The notes under the pieces are model-generated. The model was not told the DNA's origin. It ran no database searches and saw only the letters and a program-made list of their open reading frames with translations. From positions 620,001 to 684,000 of the forward strand of contig CM039009.1 of assembly GCA_017499595.2 (NCBI GenBank): 64,000 bases of DNA, read 5' to 3'. Both the position numbers and the translations under genes were made by a program. The stretch comes from Psilocybe cubensis (lineage: Eukaryota). Below are positions 54,440-64,000 of the stretch, piece after piece. Every line of letters starts with the position of its first letter. The stretch's first letter is position 1.

Positions 54440-55750
54440 TGATCAACGTTTTCCATAGCTTAGGGAGCCCTGCCGCAGAAGAATGTAGGAATAAAGTTAC
54501 ACGGAGGGATGCCAGACCCGGTGGTGCAAATCATTAACAACATGATTGACTTTTTTGCAGAGAACAGTAAGAAAGTCGTGATCTGTGGTCGCGGCGGCGT
54601 CGCGCTGGAAGTTGCTCTCTTTTCCGCAGTAGTGAAGCAGAGTAGGGTCAGTGTAATGCAGGAAAGTGATCGTAATGACTGTGCGTACCAAATCAATCCG
54701 ATAAATACGCAGGAAGGATGCATAGAGAAATGGGAAACCAGGTTCCAAGCTTCTGTAATACCCAATAAATTTGAAGATTGCAGGTGAGTGAACGACGCCC
54801 GCCCCAAACAAATCTCTCCTAGTCAGGCCATGATACGTAGCGCAGTGGCCCCAAACCTTGCGTAGTCGCGATGCCGATGTTGTTCGTTTCGGCCCCAGTC
54901 GATACCTGATCTGGCCTAGCAAATAAGATTTCGGGATTCATAGATGCCTCTGTCGTTCGTCCAAGTTTCGTTGGGTACAAAGAGGCTACGAAGACGCTGG
55001 TGGTCGCTTTCTATATACAACAGGATTCGCTTACGCAGGTTCCCGAATGTCTTACATAAGATTCATGTATCGATTGAACCCAGCGGGAACTTGGCAGGCT
55101 TCACCAACCAACTTCCGACACAGGCTTCAAGCTTCAAGGCCTCAATGTTGCCTCTACTTCAATGGATCCAGTCCCCGCAATACTTGTCGGATACAGCTAC
55201 CAATCCATCCAAAATTACCATTGCTACCTAAATTGGAGGGGCTTCAGCTATAGCACTGTCAATTGAAGATCATGGACTCTTTCATCTCCTAATGACTACT
55301 CGCCGAGTAGACCGGCTCAAGGAGACATACTGACGAATCCTAGATTGTTCCAATTCTTAGCCGGCCAGGAGTGTTGTGCCCATGAAAATCCGCGGAGAAT
55401 TTCCACTGGTGCTCTATGAGCCTGTCGCATGTAAACCGCCCTGTCGTGCAATCTTGAATTCATATTGGTGAGGGCCATGTACCTGATAGCGATTTCTTGC
55501 AATTTTAATATTAATCTTTTATAGTTCGTGTCTACCCAGCCCAATAGACATTCATGGAAACTATGGATCTGTCCGCCTTGTTTGACTCGTTACACATTCC
55601 CTCGACCATTACAAAAGTTATTTCCAACACCATAGAATGAGATTATGCAAGTCTTTTTTGCTTCATGTCTGATTGGTGATTAATTGGCATCTTGGCTGTG
55701 TTGATTATAGTATGATAAGGAGATTCAATGCCGAGTTGGCAGCGATGAAC
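54440..55750 (+). pseudogene. Degenerate relic of the 3' end of the HAMP-only gene (two fragments, ~54440-54600 and ~55650-55750)
   Basis: QKNVGIKLHGGMPDPVVQIINNMID vs QKIVGITLHGEMSDLVQIINEMID at ~52500. TTTTGCTTCAT…GGTGATTAA…AGTATGATAAGGAGA shared with 52693-52772. Confidence 0.65.
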
Positions 55751-56744
55751 TTTTGCCTTTGGCCGTGTTTTGGTCCTGGGATTCGAAGGATTTTTTTGCT
55801 CCCCAAAAATACTGGATGTTCAGCCTTGCTACACAATGTATTCCCTTGTAAAATTATCTCTCTCAAGTATGCCATGGCTTACAACTTGTTTATCAGACCC
55901 CTTTTACTACAGAGTTCGTTTTTAGCGGTGGGAGATATTTTAGTACCCTTTGACGTTGATGAACCTTGCATATCAGAGTGCTATGTTGTCCGACTGACAT
56001 CTCTGACAATCATTTTTTCCTAAACTGTAAGCTGAGGTTCACCCTTCTATTTTAGCAATGTACATTTGAAATCCTCGTACGTGCCTCTCCATTCTTGCCT
56101 GTACCCCCGTTATCGGCCTTCCTACTTTTCAGATATACTGACATGATTACAGAAAATATAGTCGTCTCTTCTTTTGAGCTTGTCTTGCCCATGATCTCTC
56201 CCATATTTTTGATTGCCAAACCTTGCCACACACTTGCTTCTCATGCTAGACGTTGGCTGTGAATCTATGAGGTCATAAACGCCAGAACGGAAGTCGGCCT
56301 TCACCCTCTATGTTTAGAAACGCAGTCCTTTCCTTCGGAACGATGTTGCGACATTGAATATCAAAATTTTTTTCTAAAGGTACAAACCTATACATCCGAC
56401 TCCCAAAACAAGCCTCTTGGATGAGTGGCTCCAACGTTGCTAGGTAAGCCGATCGTATTCGGGTTGGGAACGGATTGGGAGGCCTTCATTGAATGGTCCA
56501 ATGATTGTTTCTAAACAATTACGAAAAACATAACGGACACAAGCAACAATTGTGAAAATTCACTGTTTAAGCTTTTTTTGAGTTCAAACTACAGAACATA
56601 AGACATTCGTTCCCGGTACTTGCGAAAGAGTAGAAGCTTGGTAAACCCTAAGCCAAATCACGACTAATAGGGGTGATCACGTGAGCGTAACAGAATCTGG
56701 CTGGCGTTTATCTTGCCTCTTCCTCCCTCCCCCCAACCACCAAC

Positions 56745-59700
56745 ATGGACCCTCCACCGTCGGAGGAGACGATCTTGACGACACCGACAATGACAGACAC
56801 TTTTAAATCTCACCTTGTTGCCCTGCTCTCCATCTACGAGCTTGGCCCATATCCAGGCGCTCCGATACCCAGATACGAGGGTCCTTCAGATTGGCAAACA
56901 GAAACCATCTTGCGCTCGCTTGCAGCAGTTGCAAAGAGGATGTGGGCCGCAGAAGACGCCGTGGCAGAGCTTAGAGGTCCTCGTAGCGAAAAGGTGGTAC
57001 TTTTCATCATCAATTCAATCGTCTATCTCAACGCTATTCATCCAAGGAGGCCGAAAAGGCTCTGGAGCTTGAGAACCAGCCTGAGCAACAGCACTCAGAA
57101 GCAACAACCCCCGTGAACAGGCCCAATGAAGCATCTGATTCCACAACCACTCACAACGGACGATCCAACGGCACCAACATGACCATTTCTCTTGACGGAC
57201 TGCAATCTTCAATCGACCCATCCAAAGGTTTTTCACGCGCATACGGTACCATGAAGGCACACCAGGCTGCTCTCGCTCAGGCTGGCCCCAATGGTGGATA
57301 TAGCTCAGCACCTCCTACAGCTCACGCTCAGTGCCCTACATGTGGGAAATCGATTTCGGACCCCTTGATGCTTTATACTACGGATAACAATGCCCCTCTC
57401 AGTTCCAGTCCTCTCGTCGTCCCTATGGGTCCTCTCGCTGCCGCTGCCTTTGAAAGCGGGATGAGCGCCGTCGAAGAACTCAAGCTGCTAAAGGCACAGG
57501 TCCAGGACGTCGCAAGAGTTTGTAATGCAGTCGCCCGAGGCGATCTTAGTCAGAAAATCACCGTCCCAGTGCAAGGTGTAGTTATGGTTCAACTCAAGGA
57601 CGTTATCAATACTATGGTATGTTATCTCCTCAATATCTCTCATTGGACCTCCATCATACAACATGTACTAGGTCGACAAACTTGGACAATTTGCAAAGGA
57701 AGTCACACGTGTATCTCAGGAAGTCGGAACTGAAGGGTGAGTACTTGATTATTAATACCCTTTGTTCCTCCCGTTCGGCGATCCACCATCCATCTACATC
57801 CCTAATATACCCTTCCTCGCCTTCGCTCGCCTCGTTTCCGCCATTTTATTGGGTTGCCACTCATGAGGCCCCACGGTACATTCCCACTCCTTCCCTAATT
57901 TGGTCAAGGTTAAATTATACTATTCCCCTCTTTTTCCGTGCTTCGGTCGTTTTCAAATTTCTGGCTAATCTCCAACCTTAGCAAACTCGGCGGTCAAGCT
58001 CTAGTGCTCGATGTCGAAGGTACTTGGCGCGAGTTGACGGGCGTCGTCAACAAGTTGGCTGCCAATTTGACATCACAGGTGAGTTGTTATCAGTCGCGGA
58101 AAGATTGTATTTTCAGACCTTTCCTTTCCAGGTCAGGTCTATTGCAAAGGTTACAAAAGCAGTAGCATTGGGAGATTTGAGTAAACAAATCGAAGTCGAT
58201 GCAAGAGGCGAGATACTAGATTTAAAAAACACTGTCAATGGAATGGTGGTACGGTGAGTGCAAAGATCCCTAAACTTTCTTTTCGAGGTACTGACCCCTT
58301 TTAGATTACGAGCTCTAGCGGCAGAGGTTACTCGAGTCACATTGGAAGTCGGAAGTCAAGGCAAATTGGGTGGTCAAGCGCATGTGCCAGACGTGGAAGG
58401 GGTGTGGCTAAACTTAGTTCGGAATGTGAGTTATCTTTTCAACTCGTGCAAAGGTGGGGTGACTGATGTGTATAGGTCAATCGGATGTGTTCGTCTCTTA
58501 CGGATCAAGTGCGGTCTATTGCAGTGGTGACGACGGCCGTCGCTCGTGGAGATTTGACCCAGAAGATTGAAATCCAAGTAGAAGGCGAGATGTCCACTTT
58601 GAAAGGTGCGAAAGACGTTATCCATTTTGATTGCTGAGATGAATCTTGGTATCAGGTACTGTCAATTCAATGGTGGACCAGTTGTCTGCGTTTGCCTCCG
58701 AGGTTACACGAGTGGCTTTGGAAGTCGGAACACAAGGTATCTTAGGAGGCCAAGCTAAAGTTGAAGGTGTACAAGGTACATGGGCAGATTTGACACGTAA
58801 TGTCAACGTACGTATATTTCTCTCTTTCTTCTTCAACCCTCAGATCTCTTATCGTCGTTACCAGAAAATGGCCTCCAACTTGACGGATCAAGTACGCTCT
58901 ATATCCGAGGTGACGAAAGCCGTGGCGTTAGGAGACCTCGGAAAGCTAGTCAATGTCGATGTTCAGGGAGAGATGCTAGACTTGAAGATGACTGTCAATT
59001 CAATGGTGGCCCAGCTCAGCACGCTCGCTAACGAGGTCACACGTGTCAGTTTGGAAGTCGGGACGGAAGGTATCTTGGGTGGACAGGCATTCGTTCCTGA
59101 TGTGCAGGGGATGTGGAAGGTGTTGACGGATAATGTCAACTTAATGGCAATGAATTTGACGAATCAAGTGCGGTCTATCGCGGAGGTTACCAAGGCTGTC
59201 GCTGGTGGAGATTTGACTAAGAAGATCGAGGTCGATGTGAGGGGTGAAATCCTAGAGTTGAAGGAGACAGTGAATGGGATGACAGAGTCGTTGAGCGTGT
59301 TTGCCGACGAGGTCACGAGGGTCGCTAGGGAGGTCGGTACCGAGGGACGATTGGGAGGTCAAGCTAGGGTCACGAACGTCGGCGGTACCTGGAAGGATTT
59401 GACAGATAATGTCAACGTTATGGCTAACAATGTATGCGTTTTCTGTCTCCTTTCTTTGTTCTCAAAGCTAATCCCCACCCTCCACTCTTAAAGTTGACGC
59501 TACAAGTGCGAACTATCGCTGTCGCTACTGTATGTATAAACTTTTGTCGTTGGATGTATTATCCTAACTGTGAGCTGTCGTCTTACAGACTGCTGTGGCT
59601 CGAGGTGACTTGACGCAGAAGATTGGGGGTGTGTCGGTTTCTGGAGAGATGTTGAGTTTGGTTAACACCATCAACGACATGATTGACCAGTTGGCCATAT

Positions 59701-62113
59701 TCGCTGCCGAGGTCAAGAAGGTCGCGCGTGAGGTCGGAACAGAAGGTAAACTAGGGGTTCAAGCCGAAGTGGGCAATGTGCAAGGTATCTGGCAAGAAAT
59801 TACGTGCGTTTTATTCCTACCTCATTTCCTTCTCTCCATTCCTTCCTATAAGTCATGGTTAACATTGGTATTGGTTTTTCAGGTTGTCTGTCAACACTAT
59901 GGCCGGAAATTTGACGACGCAAGTGCGTGGTTTTGCACAAATCTCGGCTGCTGCTATGGACGGAGACTTTACGCGGTTCATCACTGTCGAAGCCAGTGGT
60001 GAGATGGATTCGTTGAAGACCCAGATCAACCAGATGGTGTTCAATTTGCGAGACAGTATTCAAAAGAACACTGCTGCTAGAGAAGCTGCCGAGTTGGCAA
60101 ATAGGAGTAAGAGTGAGTTCTTGGCGAACATGTCGCACGAGATCAGGTAAGATTTCTTTTTTTCTCCCGAGTGCTATGATGGTTGCTTATGGAGGCCTTG
60201 TTAGAACACCTATGAATGGTATCATCGGCATGACGGAGTTGACGCTAGATAGCGATTTGAATAGATCGCAGCGGGAAAGTTTGCTGCTAGTTCACAGTTT
60301 GGCGCGGTCACTACTATTGATTATTGACGATATTTTGGATATCTCGAAAAGTAAGTTTTCTTTGTCCTGTCTCTTGCTACGGTTATTAATTTTCTGTTTG
60401 TGACTTAGTTGAGGCTGGGCGCATGACCATGGAGGCGGTATCTTACTCTCTTCGCCAGACCGTATTCGGTATCCTCAAGACTCTAGTGGTACGGGCATCG
60501 CAGAACAATTTGGATCTCACGTACGACGTGGAACCGGACATCCCTGATCAACTCATTGGTGATTCGTTGCGTCTACGGCAGGTCATCACCAACTTGGTTG
60601 GTAATGCCATCAAGTTCACGCCTTCCAAGGCATCCCGCAAAGGCCATGTCGCGCTGAGCACGCGCCTATTGGCCCTCGATGACCAGAGTGTTACTCTGGA
60701 GTTCTGTGTGACTGATACTGGTATTGGTATTGCAAAAGACAAGCTTAACCTAATCTTCGATACCTTCTGTCAAGCTGACGGATCAACAACACGAGTGGGT
60801 TCTTCTTCTTCGCTGACGTTCATAGAACCAATAACTGACCCGATGACAGGAATATGGTGGTACAGGCTTAGGTCTATCCATCTCGAAGAGACTCGTTTCG
60901 CTAATGCAGGGTAACATGTGGGTGGAGAGTGAGGTGTCGAAGGGAAGCAAGTTCTTCTTCACGATCACCTCACAGATCAGCCACTCGACGATGGAAGCGA
61001 CGTTGAGCAAGATGGCCCCGTTCGCGAAGCGCACGATACTCTTTGTTGATACCCTTTTCGACGAGACTGGTGTTGTTGACCGTATCAAGGAACTCGGTCT
61101 ACGGCCATACGTAGTTCATGACGTCAAGGCTGTCGCGGATAAGGAGAAATGTCCCCATATTGATACCATCGTCGTGGATTCGCTGACTGTTGTATGTTCT
61201 ACGTTTTTCTTTATGTGTAATTCTTTGCTCATCTATGCTAGACGGAATGCATTCGCGAATATGAGCATCTGCGATATATACCCGTCGTTCTGTTGGCACC
61301 ATCCATGCCACGACTTAACCGTGAGTATTAATGGCTTTACAATCGTACTAGCGCTCTTACATCTTCTTCCTTAGTAAAATGGTGCTTGGACAATAGCATT
61401 AGCTCTCAAGTGACCACACCTGTGACTGCTCAAGATCTTTCATCTGCCCTTATCTCCGCACTAGAGTCGAACACCGTCAGCCCCGTCTCAGCGCCCAACG
61501 ACGTCACCTTTGACATTCTGCTGGCCGAGGACAATTTGGTCAATCAGAAGCTAGCTGTCAAGATCTTAGAGAAATATGGGCACACAGTGGAGATTGCAGA
61601 GAACGGCAGTTTGGCTGTCGATGCTTTCAAAGGACGGGTGGCGCAAGGCAAGCCATTTGATATTATTCTGGTATGTTGTTAGATGTTCCCTTTTTCGTTA
61701 TACGAGGTTTATTTGTGATCAGATGGATGTGTCTATGCCTTTCATGGGTGGTATGGAGGCTACGGAGTTGATCCGCTCTTATGAGATGCACAAGAGCCTG
61801 CCACCTACACCTATCATTGCGCTAACTGCTCATGCCAGTAAGTCCCCTTCTTCCTATCATTTAGCAACTGCTGAGCGAGGAAAATCTAGTGATCGGTGAC
61901 AGAGAACGTTGCTTGCAAGCAGGAATGGACGACCACATCACCAGTGAGTCGCAATCTTTATCAAGTCTATGTTCTCATATTAATCAACCAACAGAACCTT
62001 TACGTCGCGCTGACCTTCTCAACTCGATCAACAAGCTTGCTGGCGAACGCGGCGCACAGAAGATCCATCATCTCTTGCGGCGGCCTATCCCTATCTCCCA
62101 GAACTACTCGTAG
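56745..62113 (+). CDS. NIK1: Group III hybrid histidine kinase (Nik1/Os-1 type): HAMP repeats, HisKA, HATPase, receiver
   Basis: Multiple HAMP repeats ([18 protein letters not shown]), H box [37 protein letters not shown], and receiver [10 protein letters not shown]…LMDVSMP…IIALTAHA. Confidence 0.96.
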
Positions 62114-62910
62114 ATGAAAAACTACCTCCTCCTCCGACACCCTAAACCCTGGTGGTTTTGCATACCCATCCAACCAATCTATGGCCCATCATCGATCATC
62201 CCACTGCACGATACGTATTAGTCTTTTTTACCCTTTTGAATGTCCCTTTTTGCCTAGCCCTCGCAAGTTCTAATCTGTACTTATAACCCTTTTTGCTTGT
62301 TGCTCTCGCCCAAGAAATCCAATTATGAATTTATTCACACCGACCTCCTTCTGCGTCATCTAAACTTGATGATACATTGTGTATACTAAAAACGATCGCT
62401 GTTTTTCGAACTTGAGCGCTAATTTTATGTATTCATACGAAGTTCTTGACACTTGTATTACTTTCCTTTGATCAAATGCTCATTTCTCTTATGCAGAAAA
62501 ATTAGGTCGTTTTATGGTTTAGAAACATTACCAATGTGTTTTATGTCCAAGAAACATAATGTTACTATTATAAAGACCTAAAGTACTTTTTAGATTCGAA
62601 TCGCCTAAAACGCGCGACAATTCACAAAGGCAATCACGTGGGACATCAAGCGCCATCACAAGACAGGCATTAGTCATTACTGATTGGTCATTCCATCGCC
62701 GCATTCTTGGTTGACCAAGTCATCATCCGAATCATACCCTTCTATTTCTTTGAATCAGTCTCTTATTCTTGACTTTCATTTTGGTCTTCGCGAAGTTGAT
62801 ATACCCCTAAAGGTATATCTAGGTTGTAATTCCAACTGTGGTAGCTCTTCCGTGCTCAACTAAACTTGAACCCTGACGGCCTGCAACTTTTCAGGTGAAC
62901 CCATTTATAC

Positions 62911-63463
62911 ATGTCTTTGGATAGCGCCCAATTTCACGCAGCTGTATGTGCTGGACCCAAATACTCAAATTAAACTGCTTACATCCTTCTCCTTCAGGTA
63001 TACGACATTGTCCGAACCATCCCAGTGGCACGAGTGACGAGTTATGGTTTGCGGTTTCCTTACCTCCATTTCTCAAGTTAGTTTCTGACTTATTCTAGGC
63101 CATATTGCAAAATTAACCGGCATGCCTAATCATTCGCGTCATGTAGGACAAGGTTGGTGCTACTATTCGCATTCTCGTTTGAACGTTGGCATAACATCAA
63201 GGTAACTTACAGCACTAAAGTTTTTGCCTCCAAACGTGGACCCTCCGATTCCATGGCATCGTGTTATAAGCTCAGCGGGAACTATTTCTTCCCGAGGTCC
63301 TGGAACTGACGGTGCCCAACGCCAGAGAGATGCCCTTGTTGCAGAGGGTGTCGAGGTTGTAACTGGCCGCACTGGCGATATGCGTGTGGACCTTCGTGAA
63401 TATGGCTGGTTTCCATCAATCGACGAGTTTCAAGCTTCTCAAGAACTCGCAGAGAACGATTGA
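62911..63463 (+). CDS. ATL1: Alkyltransferase-like protein (MGMT/ATL family, Trp in place of the active Cys); four exons
   Basis: Spliced: VYDIVRTIPVARVTSYGHIAKLTGMPNHSRHVGQALKFL…IPWHRVISSAG…QRDALVAEGV. Confidence 0.9.
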
Positions 63464-64000
63464 AGCCCAGGTTACCTACCTTCCAATTACACGTTATCCG
63501 AGTGGTCCTGCCGTAGGGAATCACACTTAGGCTTCGCACCCCAACTGAAGCCATGTAACACTTGAATGATTGAGTTTTATACACATCCAGTCGCTCTTGC
63601 TCATATTATGCTTAGCTTTGAGGGGCAGTTAATTTGTTCAGATTCCAGACACTGCCCAGTTGGCAATATCAGTCAGCGTATAGATAACCTTGGTATGCAT
63701 TCTATACGCACATGCTTATGGAGTGTTTTCACTTCAATTGATATAATGGCTTTCGCACAATGCGCGATTAGAAGCCGGCTCGTTGGTAAAGGTAATAAGG
63801 CAGGTTCTTCATTATGTGGTTTTCATTATGTTAACTTCAAATCTTATCACTAGTCGTGCTAGCTAGAATAACTTAGGTCGCCAAACTTCATTTCATTGTC
63901 AATTAGGTTGATACAAGATCTCACCATTCACTAACACGTATATAAAGCTATACCGTTTGACCAGTTTCTTCCACCTCGCGGCCTCACCATGATTGTTGAA

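Overview
Intron-rich fungal genomic DNA, most likely an agaricomycete given the short GT-AG introns and the gene content. Ordinary genes flank a central ~25 kb nest of mobile elements. Left arm: a multi-pass membrane protein, an intron-containing tRNA-Thr(AGT), an ankyrin protein, a PARP-like/ubiquitin-conjugating E2 fusion, a TMEM184/OST-alpha transporter and a PLC-like phosphodiesterase. Centre: a small hAT-like MITE, then a four-tier nest. A non-autonomous TIR element (19168-43022) contains a three-LTR miniature retrotransposon (TRIM; 20026-42590, TSD GCCAC) whose 140-bp LTRs each carry a complete tRNA-like cloverleaf with Pol III A/B boxes. Its middle LTR holds an antisense tandem Copia dimer with truncated ends and no TSD, and one Copia copy is interrupted by an 11.5-kb Gypsy element. 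The Copia LTR carries a 49-nt GT-AG intron next to a precisely spliced copy of the same exons. Both large retroelements have a single in-frame stop in a known readthrough context (UAG-CAA-UCA and UGA-CUA). Right arm: an HMG-box factor, BRF1, a HAMP-only paralog and a relic beside a full group III hybrid histidine kinase, a small secreted protein and an alkyltransferase-like gene. Exon boundaries and repeat comparisons were read by eye and no database searches were run.
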